The notes beneath the pieces were generated by a model, which saw only the letters and a list, made by a program, of their open reading frames with translations, did no database searches and was not told where the DNA came from. Shown here in pieces: positions 40,351-49,720 of a stretch of DNA of 64,000 nt (positions are counted from its first letter, which is position 1; each line of letters starts with the position of its first letter). A program made the position numbers and the translations under genes. The stretch comes from an uncultured Flavobacterium sp. (GTDB taxonomy: Bacteria; Bacteroidota; Bacteroidia; Flavobacteriales; Flavobacteriaceae), in NCBI GenBank assembly GCA_963513255.1, contig CAUPPG010000001.1, forward strand, positions 150,902 through 214,901, written 5' to 3'.

Positions 40351-40376
40351 GTCATTGCGAGGTAACGAAGCAATCT
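40351..40376 (+). repeat. REP-like palindromic element, family A copy 4
   Basis: GTCATTGCGAGGTAACGAAGCAATCT directly after the ahcY TAA. Confidence 0.8.
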
Positions 40377-40471
40377 TAATCTTTTAAACTAAAAACCCTT
40401 ACAGTAATGTGAGGGTTTTTTATTGCTTATTATCGTTATATTTGTTACTATTAACAACTAAAATTAATACT

Positions 40472-40960
40472 ATGGAAATGAATTTTATTTCGCCTATTGT
40501 GGCGGCTGTTACTACTTTGTTAGTGGGTTTTGTATGGTATCATCCAGGAGTTTTTGGTTCGGTTTGGATGAAAGAAACAGGTTTGACACAAGAAGAATTA
40601 CAAAAAGGCAATATGCTTAAAATCTTTGGGTTGACTTTTATCTTCTCTGTTTTTATCGCTATGGTAATGCAAATGTTAGCAATTCATCAAATGGGTGCTT
40701 TGAGTATGATAGGTGGAGCAACTAAAATAGCCGAAGCTAAGCCCTCTTTTGCGGCTTTTATGGCTGATTATGGAACGGCTTTCAGAACAGCAAAACACGG
40801 TGCTTTGCATGGTTTTATGACAGGTTTGTTTTTTGCTTTCCCAATGATTGCTATTAATGGTTTGTTTGAAAGAAAATCTTGGAAATACATCTTCATTCAT
40901 GCTGGATTTTGGACCGTATCATTGATGATTATTGGAGCAATTGTTTGTGCTTGGGTTTAG
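40472..40960 (+). CDS. DUF1761 membrane protein
   Basis: VGFVWYHPGVFG, HGALHG, LFERKSWKYIFIHAG. Start at ATG 40472. Confidence 0.8.
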   Translation: MEMNFISPIVAAVTTLLVGFVWYHPGVFGSVWMKETGLTQEELQKGNMLKIFGLTFIFSVFIAMVMQMLAIHQMGALSMIGGATKIAEAKPSFAAFMADYGTAFRTAKHGALHGFMTGLFFAFPMIAINGLFERKSWKYIFIHAGFWTVSLMIIGAIVCAWV

Positions 40961-40980
40961 TTTAGATATTGGTATAAAAC

Positions 40981-41012
40981 AAAAAACCTGTTTCGTGAGA
41001 AACAGGTTTTTT
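40981..41012. terminator. Bidirectional terminator (DUF1761 / rpmA)
   Basis: AAAAAACCTGTTTC-gtga-GAAACAGGTTTTTT. Confidence 0.85.
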
Positions 41013-41035
41013 AATGATATATAAAATCGTACTGA

Positions 41036-41296
41036 TTATGCTTCGAATGGAAGGATAGAAACGTATGATTTGTTATCTCTTTTCTTTTGGAACTTAACAA
41101 CTCCATCTACTCTTGCGTGTAGTGTGTGATCTTTACTGATGTAAACATTTTCACCTGGATTGTGTTTAGAACCTCTTTGTCTTACGATGATGTTTCCAGC
41201 AATAGCAGCTTGACCACCAAAAATCTTAACGCCTAAACGTTTTGATTCTGATTCTCTACCATTCTTCGAACTACCGACACCTTTCTTGTGAGCCAT
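41036..41296 (-). CDS. rpmA: 50S ribosomal protein L27
   Basis: [22 protein letters not shown]. Confidence 0.98.
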   Translation of the reverse strand: MAHKKGVGSSKNGRESESKRLGVKIFGGQAAIAGNIIVRQRGSKHNPGENVYISKDHTLHARVDGVVKFQKKRDNKSYVSILPFEA

Positions 41297-41321
41297 GACG
41301 TATTGGTTTTAATATTGTTAA

Positions 41322-41765
41322 TTATTCTTTAGTATCTTCTTTTTTAGCTTTTGGTGCCGCTTTTTTAGCTTTAGGAGCTGGTTTAGCTTCTTCAGTTGCA
41401 GGCGCTTCAGCTACTACTTTTTCTTTTTTAGGTGCTGCAGCTTTTTTAGCTCCACCTACTGTAATACCTTCAATTACAATTTGAGTAAGATACTGTCTGT
41501 GACCGTTTCTCTTTTTGTATCCTTTTCTTCTTTTCTTTTTGAAAATGATAACTTTGTCTCCTTTTAAGTGTTGTAACACTTTAGCTTCTACAGAAGCACC
41601 TTCTATAGCTGGGGCGCCTAAAGTTACATTACCTTTATCGTCTAATAAAAGAACTTTGTCAAAAGAAACTTTTGAACCTTCTTCGTTAGCCAAACGGTGA
41701 ACATAAACCTTTAAGTCTTTGCTTACTTTGAATTGTTGCCCTGCTATCTCTACGATTGCATACAT
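41322..41765 (-). CDS. rplU: 50S ribosomal protein L21 with Ala/Lys/Pro-rich tail
   Basis: MYAIVEIAGQQFKV, FKKKRRKGY..GHRQ. Confidence 0.97.
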   Translation of the reverse strand: MYAIVEIAGQQFKVSKDLKVYVHRLANEEGSKVSFDKVLLLDDKGNVTLGAPAIEGASVEAKVLQHLKGDKVIIFKKKRRKGYKKRNGHRQYLTQIVIEGITVGGAKKAAAPKKEKVVAEAPATEEAKPAPKAKKAAPKAKKEDTKE

Positions 41766-42023
41766 ACGAAATTGTTTTTATTAATTTTAAGGTTGCAAAT
41801 ATACAATTAATAATTTATTGTGCAATCCCTCTGATAAAAAAAAGTTTTAGACGTTATTTTTGTTAAAGAAAAGAAGTGTTAATTTTTTATCAAAGTTGAA
41901 TTTGTAGTCCAATTCCAAATTAAAAAAACTATTTTTGATGTAACAATAATTCTTTGGAAGTATCTAATTATAATTCTATAGGACTATTGAATCCCTAAAT
42001 CTAATTTAAAATTATTAATCTTT

Positions 42024-43349
42024 ATGAAAAAATCTATCATGATGTTAAGTGCTGCATTGATGCTGGGCGGAGTCGCTTCTGCTCAGAAAGTCGCTTTTGA
42101 AGAGTATGACTTAGACAATGGATTGCATGTAATTTTGCACAACGATCCGTCAGCCCCAACGGTGGTGACTTCGGTAATGTACCATGTTGGTGCCAAAGAT
42201 GAACAACCAGATCGAACTGGTTTTGCTCACTTTTTTGAACATTTGTTGTTTGAAGGAACACAAAATATTAAACGAGGCGAATGGTTTAAAATTGTCACAG
42301 GAAATGGCGGCGTAAATAACGCCAATACTACGGAAGACAGAACCTATTATTACGAAGTTTTTCCTTCTAACAATTTAGAGTTAGGTTTGTGGATGGAAGC
42401 AGAACGTATGCTGCATCCAGTAATCAACCAAATAGGAGTAGATACTCAAAATGAGGTAGTAAAAGAAGAGAAAAGATTGCGTTATGACAATAGTCCGTAT
42501 GGTCAATTGATTCCGCAAGTGAAGAAAAACATGTTTAAAAATCATCCCTACCGATGGACTACTATTGGTTCTATGGATCATTTAGACGCAGCTAAACTAG
42601 AAGAATTTCAAGCGTTTAATAAAAAATTCTACATTCCAAATAATGCGGTTTTAGTTGTTGCTGGAGATTTCAAACCAGAACAAGCCAAAGAATGGATTCA
42701 GAAGTATTTTGGAGTAATTGCAAAATCAACTCCTATTAAAAGGACTACTTTTGAGGAAGCGCCGATTACAGAAACTATCAAAGCAAATTTTGAAGATCCA
42801 AACATTCAGCTTCCAATGTTAGTTACTGCTTACAGAACGCCATCAATGAAAACGCGTGATGCGCGTGTTTTGGATATGATTTCGTCTATCTTGAGCGATG
42901 GAAAAAGTTCAAGAATGTACAAAAAAATTGTTGACGATAAGAAAATGGCACTTCAGATAGGAGCGTTCAATTACAGTCAAGAAGATTATGGAACGTACAT
43001 CTTGTATGGTTTGCCTCAATCTCCATTTACAGCAGCTAATTTGCTTGCTGAAATAGACGAAGAAATTGTTAAATTACAGACCGAGTTAATTTCTGAGAAA
43101 GATTTACAAAAATTACAAAACCAATTTGATAATCAATATGTAAATAGTAATTCAACTATTGAAGGTATTGCTAATAATTTAGCTACTTATCATTTGCTAT
43201 ACGGTGACGTAAATTTAATCAACACCGAAATCGAAATGTATCATTCCATCACTCGTGAGGAAATTAGGGATATTGCTAAGAAGTATTTGAATCCAAACCA
43301 AAGAATGGTATTGGACTATGTGCCAGTGAAAGACAAATCCCAAAACTAA
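42024..43349 (+). CDS. M16 family zinc peptidase, catalytic subunit
   Basis: Signal peptide and HFFEH (HxxEH) motif. Confidence 0.92.
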   Translation: MKKSIMMLSAALMLGGVASAQKVAFEEYDLDNGLHVILHNDPSAPTVVTSVMYHVGAKDEQPDRTGFAHFFEHLLFEGTQNIKRGEWFKIVTGNGGVNNANTTEDRTYYYEVFPSNNLELGLWMEAERMLHPVINQIGVDTQNEVVKEEKRLRYDNSPYGQLIPQVKKNMFKNHPYRWTTIGSMDHLDAAKLEEFQAFNKKFYIPNNAVLVVAGDFKPEQAKEWIQKYFGVIAKSTPIKRTTFEEAPITETIKANFEDPNIQLPMLVTAYRTPSMKTRDARVLDMISSILSDGKSSRMYKKIVDDKKMALQIGAFNYSQEDYGTYILYGLPQSPFTAANLLAEIDEEIVKLQTELISEKDLQKLQNQFDNQYVNSNSTIEGIANNLATYHLLYGDVNLINTEIEMYHSITREEIRDIAKKYLNPNQRMVLDYVPVKDKSQN

Positions 43350-43357
43350 GATACATC

Positions 43358-45406
43358 ATGAAAAAATCAATTATAATTTTATCAAGCTTATTTATATCAG
43401 CGATAATGCAAGGACAAATCATCCCTCAACCCAAATCAGGAGTAGCCCCAACAATTAAAATAGGGAAACCAGAGTCATTCCAATTAAAGAATGGGTTGAA
43501 AGTAATGGTGGTTGAAAATCATAAATTACCTAGAGTTTCTTTTACGCTAACTCTAGATAACGCCCCTTATGCAGAAGGAGCTAAAAAAGGAGTTTCTGAC
43601 TTAACTAGTAGTCTTATTGGAAACGGAACCAAAAAAATCTCTAAAACGGCGTTCAATGAAGAGATTGATTTTATGGGAGCTAATATGAGTTTTAGTTCCA
43701 ATGGTGCCTCGGCAAGCACATTGTCAAAATACTCAGGACGTGTTCTAGAGTTGTTGGCTGATGGAGCTTTAAATCCTAACTTCACTCAAGCTGAATTTGA
43801 CAAAGAAAAAGCCAAAATGATTGAAGGCTTAAAGGCAAGTGAAAAAAGTGTTCCGGATATTGCATCTCGAGTAAATGATTTCTTGACTTTTGGAAAAGAT
43901 CATCCAAATGGGGAATATGTGAGTGAGGCTACTTTGAAAAATGTTGCTTTGGCCGATGTTCAAGCGAATTACAATACGTATTTTGTTCCTGCAAATGCAT
44001 ATTTAATTATTGTAGGAGATATTAAGTTTGCTGAAACTAAAAAAGCGGTTGAAAAATTATTTGGTTCTTGGAAAAAAGCTTCAGCTCCAGTTCAAGTTTA
44101 TGCAGAACCAAAAGATGTTTCTTTTTCGCAAATCAATTTTGTAGATATGCCTAATGCGTTACAGTCAGAAGTGGCTGTTGTGAATTTGGTCAATCTAAAA
44201 ATGACCGATCCAGATTATTTTCCAGCTTTGGTTGCCAATCAGATCTTAGGAGGAGATTTCAATAGTTACCTAAATATGAATCTAAGAGAAGCTCACGGAT
44301 GGACGTATGGAGCAAGATCAAGCATTCGTGGAGACAAACGCATTACGAAGTTTGAAGCATCCACTCAAGTTCGAAATGCGGTAACAGATAGTACAGTGGT
44401 TGAAATTTTCAAAGAATACAAAAAAATCAGAACTGAAAAAGTATCTGATGAGATGCTGGCAAGTGTAAAAGCAGGGTATATTGGGCGTTTTGTAATGCAA
44501 ATTGAAAAACCACAAACAGTTGCGGGTTATGCTTTACGCATTCAAACGCAAAACTTACCCGCTGATTTTTATGAAAACTACATCAAAAATATCAATGCAG
44601 TTACTGCTGACGACGTATTGCGTGTGGCTAATAAATATTTCTTAGCAGATAATAGCCGAATCTTAATTGTAGGTAAAGGGGCTGATGTAGCTCCAGCATT
44701 AGAAAAATTGAAAATTCCGATTTTATTTTTTGACAAATACGGAAATGCTGTAGAAAAACCAGTTTTCAAAAAAGAAGTGCCTAAAGGAATGACTGCTAAA
44801 ACGGTTTTGGATAATTACATCAAAGCTATTGGTGGTGAAAAAGCCGCTCTTGCGGTGAAAACAATTGCAATGGTTGGGTCAACTACTATTCCGCAAGCAC
44901 CAGCTCCTTTAAGTTTCAATTCTAAAATTGATGCAAAAGGGAAATTAGTGGTAGAGCTAGCAATGGGGGGAATGAGTTTGATGAAGCAAGTGGTAAATGA
45001 AAAAGGGGGTTTTGTAATTCAACAAGGTCAGAAAGTAGAACTTACGGGGAAAGATTTGGAAGATTTAAAAGCCGCTGCGACACCATTTGAAGAGTTAAAT
45101 CTATTGAAAAAACCAGAAGTAAGTTTGACAGGGATTGAAACTATCAACGGAACGGAAGCTTATACTTTGAAAAACGGAAAAACAACTTTGTATTATGATG
45201 TTAAATCAGGTTTAAAAATTGCGGATGTTATTACAATTGAGCAAGGTGGTAAAACGATGAATAAAATCAATTCCTATTTAGATTACCGTGAGGTAAAAGG
45301 AGTAAAAGTCCCATTTAACTTGGTTCAAAATGTAGGTTTTGAATTGAATGTAAAAATGTCTGATGTGAAAATTAACGAAGGAGTAACAGATGCTGATTTT
45401 CAATAA
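43358..45406 (+). CDS. M16 family peptidase-like subunit lacking HxxEH, with extra C-terminal domain
   Basis: LKNGLKVMVVENHKLP, NLREAHGWTYGARS; ~200-aa beta-rich C-terminal extension. Confidence 0.88.
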   Translation: MKKSIIILSSLFISAIMQGQIIPQPKSGVAPTIKIGKPESFQLKNGLKVMVVENHKLPRVSFTLTLDNAPYAEGAKKGVSDLTSSLIGNGTKKISKTAFNEEIDFMGANMSFSSNGASASTLSKYSGRVLELLADGALNPNFTQAEFDKEKAKMIEGLKASEKSVPDIASRVNDFLTFGKDHPNGEYVSEATLKNVALADVQANYNTYFVPANAYLIIVGDIKFAETKKAVEKLFGSWKKASAPVQVYAEPKDVSFSQINFVDMPNALQSEVAVVNLVNLKMTDPDYFPALVANQILGGDFNSYLNMNLREAHGWTYGARSSIRGDKRITKFEASTQVRNAVTDSTVVEIFKEYKKIRTEKVSDEMLASVKAGYIGRFVMQIEKPQTVAGYALRIQTQNLPADFYENYIKNINAVTADDVLRVANKYFLADNSRILIVGKGADVAPALEKLKIPILFFDKYGNAVEKPVFKKEVPKGMTAKTVLDNYIKAIGGEKAALAVKTIAMVGSTTIPQAPAPLSFNSKIDAKGKLVVELAMGGMSLMKQVVNEKGGFVIQQGQKVELTGKDLEDLKAAATPFEELNLLKKPEVSLTGIETINGTEAYTLKNGKTTLYYDVKSGLKIADVITIEQGGKTMNKINSYLDYREVKGVKVPFNLVQNVGFELNVKMSDVKINEGVTDADFQ

Positions 45407-45428
45407 ATAGCGTTTAGGTTGTATAACT

Positions 45429-45458
45429 AAAAGGCGGTCTGAAAAGACCGCCTTTTTT
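45429..45458. terminator. Bidirectional terminator
   Basis: AAAAGGCGGTCT-gaaa-AGACCGCCTTTTTT. Confidence 0.85.
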
Positions 45459-46323
45459 ATTTCTTAGCCGAAAGATACACGCCAATCAATATGATAAATG
45501 CTCCTACGAATTGAATAGGTGTCAGTATTTCGTGATCTAATAATCCCCAAAAGAAAGCGACAATCGGAATTAAATACGTTACTGAAGTTGCAAAGACTGG
45601 TGATGATAATTGGATCAATTTAAAGAAAAGGATGTTGGCTATCCCTGTACCAACTATTCCGAGTATAGCAATGTATACCATTGACGTTTGGACTTCTGGA
45701 ATTGTTGCTATTTCGAAAAATCCAGAAAAATACAATAACAAAATAGCTGGAGTTAATAAAACCAAAAAGTTTCCTGTGGTTATGCTTAGAGGCGCTACGC
45801 TAGGTAAATATTTTTTAATCAAATTCACATTAGTTGCATAACAAATGGACGCCACTACAACCAAAAGTGCATAGTAATAATTTTGTTCGGGATGATTTGA
45901 AGCTCCATTAAAGACCAGCAAAACGCTCCCTAATAGACCAATACAGATTCCGAGAAATTGATTCCTTTTAAAAGGCACTCCAAAAGCGAGCATTCCCAAT
46001 ACCAAAGTATTTAAAGGAGTTAATGAATTTAGAATGGCAGTTGTTGAACTGTCAATTTCAGTTTCGGCTAAGGCAAAAAGATAGGCAGGGATGAACGTGC
46101 CAAAAACAGCAGTTAAGGCAATATATTTCCATTGCGATTTAGTTAGTGTAAACAGACTTTTATACCCAATTAACAGTAAAAAAAGCGCTGAAAAAATCAG
46201 CCGTAATGAGCCTAATTGTATGGCGGTTAATCCGAGTAAGCCTTTTTTAATTAAAATAAAAGAACTTCCCCAAATTAAAGAAAGAATAGTGAGATAGACC
46301 CATTTGAGCTGTTTGGATTCCAT
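45457..46323 (-). CDS. DMT/EamA family transporter
   Basis: IWGSSFILIK; two EamA repeats, about 10 TMs. Confidence 0.9.
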   Translation of the reverse strand: MESKQLKWVYLTILSLIWGSSFILIKKGLLGLTAIQLGSLRLIFSALFLLLIGYKSLFTLTKSQWKYIALTAVFGTFIPAYLFALAETEIDSSTTAILNSLTPLNTLVLGMLAFGVPFKRNQFLGICIGLLGSVLLVFNGASNHPEQNYYYALLVVVASICYATNVNLIKKYLPSVAPLSITTGNFLVLLTPAILLLYFSGFFEIATIPEVQTSMVYIAILGIVGTGIANILFFKLIQLSSPVFATSVTYLIPIVAFFWGLLDHEILTPIQFVGAFIILIGVYLSAKK

Positions 46324-46418
46324 GAAAAATAGTTTGGCTCAAAATTCTACTAATTTTGTGAAATTGTCCGTCTTTTTTTAATTAATTTTGTCATTATCAA
46401 AGAAATAATATAATAAAT

Positions 46419-46796
46419 ATGAAAATTACAAAAATAATATTGGCATTGGCGTTCGTTAGTTTTTTAACGGTATCCTGCAAAAAAGAAGCTGAAGCAAAGG
46501 ATGTTGCTACTGAAAAAGAAAGTGTAGCACCTAAAAAAGAAGTAGTAATCGCTGCTGAAAATGTGCAAACTGCTAGTTTTGAAATCGAAGGAATGACTTG
46601 TGCTATTGGTTGTGCCAAAACCATTGAAGAAGAATTAGGCGCTTTAGACGGTGTTCAAAAAGCCACGGTGGATTTCGATTCTAAAAAAGCCACTGTCGTA
46701 TTTGATAAAACAATCCAAAGTCAAGAAAGTTTGACTAAAGTGGTTGAAGCTACTGCTGATGGGAAAACCTATAAAGTAGTTTTACCTAAATCATAA
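46419..46796 (+). CDS. Heavy-metal-associated (HMA) domain lipoprotein
   Basis: Lipobox TVSC and GMTCAIGC metal-binding motif. Confidence 0.88.
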   Translation: MKITKIILALAFVSFLTVSCKKEAEAKDVATEKESVAPKKEVVIAAENVQTASFEIEGMTCAIGCAKTIEEELGALDGVQKATVDFDSKKATVVFDKTIQSQESLTKVVEATADGKTYKVVLPKS

Positions 46797-46846
46797 ACTA
46801 ATTTACCATATAAAATTAAAAGCATCCTTTTGGGATGCTTTTTTTG

Positions 46847-47410
46847 TTATTTCCATTTCAGAGTTTCGAGTAACCGTTGCATATCGTTTTTGATATAACT
46901 GGCGGCGGGCATAATGGAATCAAAATTAGGTTTGGCGTAAAAGTAAACCGAACCAGTAACAAAGTGTTTGGTGCTGTCGGTAGCATAAAATTGTGAATTG
47001 GTTGCCGCATTTCCATCTACTTGGTAAAACATTCCAAATACTTTTTGTTGTGGATTAAGAAAGGGTTGCTCTAAAATATCATCGGCTTTTATTACGTGCT
47101 CGTAGGTTAATTTTTGAGCATCGCGCAATAATTTATTAATATCTCCATTGACAGGTTTATAAGTCAAATAAATGGTTGCTTTCATTTTTGGGTAGCTGAT
47201 AGTGAAACCACACTCTTTTTCACCTTTAATAATGGCATCGGCATTCATCTCAAAAGTAAAAGGGCATTGGCTTTCAAATTGCGCATAATTGGCTTCAGGA
47301 TAGTCAAGGCGTAAATGGCTTGAAGGTTTTGGTAACACTTCTTTTTTACAGCTCAACACAGTCAAGGCTACAAGAATAAGTATTACAAAAAGGATTGTTT
47401 TTTTCGGCAT
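46847..47410 (-). CDS. gldD: Gliding motility lipoprotein GldD
   Basis: Lipobox VLSC, LPKP..LRLDYP, GNAATNSQFYATDSTKHF, PNFDSIMPA. Confidence 0.9.
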   Translation of the reverse strand: MPKKTILFVILILVALTVLSCKKEVLPKPSSHLRLDYPEANYAQFESQCPFTFEMNADAIIKGEKECGFTISYPKMKATIYLTYKPVNGDINKLLRDAQKLTYEHVIKADDILEQPFLNPQQKVFGMFYQVDGNAATNSQFYATDSTKHFVTGSVYFYAKPNFDSIMPAASYIKNDMQRLLETLKWK

Positions 47411-47434
47411 AAATAATTTCTAAATGTGTAGCGA

Positions 47435-47848
47435 TTAAAAAGGCAAATCGTTAATAGGTAAATTAGTATTCTGAGGTTCTGAAGGAGTTGTTTTGTTGTT
47501 TTCGGAATCTTTTTTAGTGTTCAAAAAAGTAAATTCAACCACCTGGATTTCAGATGTATGTTTGGTTGTTCCGTCTTCTGCTTGCCATTGACGGGATTTG
47601 ATGCGTCCTTCTACATAAATTTTATCTCCTTTAGAAAGGTATTTTTCACATAATTCAGCGGCTTTATTTCGCACCACTAAATTATGCCATTCTGTAGAAG
47701 TGATTTTCTCGTTAGTTGTTTTATTGATGTAGACTTCGTGTGTTGCCAATTGAAATCGGCCAATACAATTCCCTCCTTCAAAATAATGCAACTTGACTTC
47801 GTCTCCAAGATAGCCGATAAGAATTACTTTATTTACTGTTCCATTCAT
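47435..47848 (-). CDS. ssb: Single-stranded DNA-binding protein
   Basis: VNKVILIGYLG, TEWHNLV, KGDKIYVEGRI, tail NDLPF. Confidence 0.93.
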   Translation of the reverse strand: MNGTVNKVILIGYLGDEVKLHYFEGGNCIGRFQLATHEVYINKTTNEKITSTEWHNLVVRNKAAELCEKYLSKGDKIYVEGRIKSRQWQAEDGTTKHTSEIQVVEFTFLNTKKDSENNKTTPSEPQNTNLPINDLPF

Positions 47849-47882
47849 AATGTCATGGTATTTGAATCAAAGATAGGATTTT

Positions 47883-48914
47883 TTATTTTGCTTCGATGAA
47901 ATTATGAAGCACGATAGGGAAAGGAAATGTTTTTAATTCTGTTGCATTGATACCGTTGGGAATAGTTCCAGCGACTGTTACATTCCAAAATTTGATATGC
48001 AAATGTTGGTGCGATAGTTTATGGATAATACTTTTGGAATTTTCTTCTCCTATAGTAATGATATTCCAATGTTGAAAATCGGTTTTGATTTGCTTGGATA
48101 GAGTGTCAAAATCTTCTTCTTTTTCGGTCTCAATTAAAGGAAATTCATATAAATTGTGCCAAATACCTTTGTCCGTTCTTTTTTGAATGATTGTGTTTTG
48201 CGAATCGTCAGAAAAGATGAGGTAATTGAAAAATCGGTTTCTAACTTTTAGTTTTTTCAATTTTACAGGAAGTTGATCTACTTTCTTTTTTTGTAAAGCA
48301 GCACAACTTTGGTTAAAAATACAATCAGAACAATTAGGGTTTTTTGGAACACATTGCAAAGCGCCAAATTCCATTATAGCTTGATTGAATAAAGCGGGGT
48401 TGTCTTTAGGGATTAATTCGAGAGCTATTGTGCTGAATTCCTTTTTGGCGGAGGCCGAAGCAATATCAGTTTCCATATCAAAATAACGAGAAAGCACTCT
48501 AAAAACGTTGCCATCTACCACAGGTACCACTTCGTTATAAGCAAACGATGCAATTGCGGCAGCGGTGTATTCGCCGATTCCTTTTAATTGAAGTAGGTCT
48601 TTATAATTATTTGGAAAAACACCTTCGAGTTCATTCGCTATATATTGTGCGGTTTGGTGCAAGTTTCTAGCACGAGAATAATAGCCCAATCCTTGCCATA
48701 ATTTCAAAACTTGTTCTTCATTGGCTTTGGCCAAATCAAAAACGGTTGGAAAAGCATTTGTAAACGAAAAAAAATAGGGCATTCCTTGCGCTACTCGCGT
48801 TTGTTGGAGCATAATTTCCGAGAGCCAAATTGGGTATGGATTGGTGGTATTTCGCCAAGGTAAATTGCGCTTGTTTTGTAAATACCAATCTATCAATAAC
48901 TTAGAAAAATCCAT
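47883..48914 (-). CDS. mutY: A/G-specific adenine glycosylase
   Basis: SEIMLQQTRV, WQGLGYYSRARNL, HhH, CxxxxxxCxxCxxxxxC Fe-S motif. Confidence 0.96.
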   Translation of the reverse strand: MDFSKLLIDWYLQNKRNLPWRNTTNPYPIWLSEIMLQQTRVAQGMPYFFSFTNAFPTVFDLAKANEEQVLKLWQGLGYYSRARNLHQTAQYIANELEGVFPNNYKDLLQLKGIGEYTAAAIASFAYNEVVPVVDGNVFRVLSRYFDMETDIASASAKKEFSTIALELIPKDNPALFNQAIMEFGALQCVPKNPNCSDCIFNQSCAALQKKKVDQLPVKLKKLKVRNRFFNYLIFSDDSQNTIIQKRTDKGIWHNLYEFPLIETEKEEDFDTLSKQIKTDFQHWNIITIGEENSKSIIHKLSHQHLHIKFWNVTVAGTIPNGINATELKTFPFPIVLHNFIEAK

Positions 48915-49048
48915 TGTTAAATATTTGTTTGCAAAAGTAAAAGTTTATGTGATTAAAATTTAATGAATTAGCTTGAATAATTGTTTTTTTAATTCATATA
49001 TTTGCAAACTCAAAAAAATAGTACAACATTTATAAATAAGGAAAGAAA

Positions 49049-49339
49049 ATGACGAAAGCAGATATCGTAGCGAAAATTTCAGAGAAATTAGGTCTTGAAA
49101 AAGGAGATGTTCAGGCAACTGTAGAAACCTTTATGAATGAAGTTAAAACTTCATTAGAGACTGGAGATAACGTATATTTAAGAGGTTTTGGAAGTTTTAT
49201 CGTAAAAACAAGAGCTGAAAAAACAGGAAGAAACATTTCTAAAAATACAACAATAAAAATACCTGCTCACAATATTCCTGCTTTTAAACCGGCAAAAGTT
49301 TTTGTAGAAGGCGTAAAAATCAATAACGAAGCAAAATAA
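49049..49339 (+). CDS. hup: HU/IHF family DNA-binding protein
   Basis: MTKADIV, VYLRGFGSF, GRNISK, PAFKPAK. Confidence 0.93.
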   Translation: MTKADIVAKISEKLGLEKGDVQATVETFMNEVKTSLETGDNVYLRGFGSFIVKTRAEKTGRNISKNTTIKIPAHNIPAFKPAKVFVEGVKINNEAK

Positions 49340-49369
49340 ATTAGTAATTAATCATAAAATCTACAAGAT

Positions 49370-49462
49370 ATGCCAAGTGGTAAAAAAAGAAAGAGACATA
49401 AGGTAGCGACGCACAAACGTAAAAAAAGAGCGAGAGCTAACCGTCACAAGAAGAAAAAGTAG
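49370..49462 (+). CDS. 30-aa basic protein, small ribosomal protein bS22 (mS38/COX24-like)
   Basis: Not in the ORF track. MPSGKKRKRHKVATHKRKKRARANRHKKKK, followed by hairpin GAAAAAGTAG-ttttaaa-CTACTTTTTC/T run. Confidence 0.85.
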   Translation: MPSGKKRKRHKVATHKRKKRARANRHKKKK

Positions 49463-49628
49463 TTTTAAACTACTTTTTTCTTTTTAAACGTTCATTGAAA
49501 TTGAAAATTAGTAATCAGTCTCCAGTTTTTAGTATTCAGTATACTGACTGCATAGAACTGTCCGCTGCTAGCTAGTTTTCCCCGGGTTCAATACCTGTTA
49601 AAAATATTGTTTAATCCATCCTTACTAT

Positions 49629-49697
49629 AAGTTGGTAGTTGATGGTTGATAGTTGATGGTTTTTTCCAACAATGCACAACCAATGACCGACAACCCA
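49629..49697. repeat. Heptamer tandem repeats (GTTGATA/G) with complementary CAAC-type units
   Basis: gttggta gttgatg gttgata gttgatg gtt .. caacaat gcacaac caatgac cgacaac in the rng leader. Confidence 0.65.
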
Positions 49698-49720
49698 ATG
49701 TTCGGATAAAAATGTACAGC

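Noticed and set aside
13839-40376. Family A repeats as a CRISPR array
   Set aside because: The copies are kilobases apart, in both orientations, with no regular spacers and no cas genes.
41322-41460. Ala/Lys/Pro-rich C-terminal extension of L21
   Set aside because: Low-complexity L21 tails are common in Flavobacteriia.
49646-49720. N-terminal extensions in the ORF track for rng (likewise greA, tyrS, asnS, tadA, PPTase, DUF1761)
   Set aside because: The extensions run through promoters, hairpins or repeats; downstream starts match the family N-termini.
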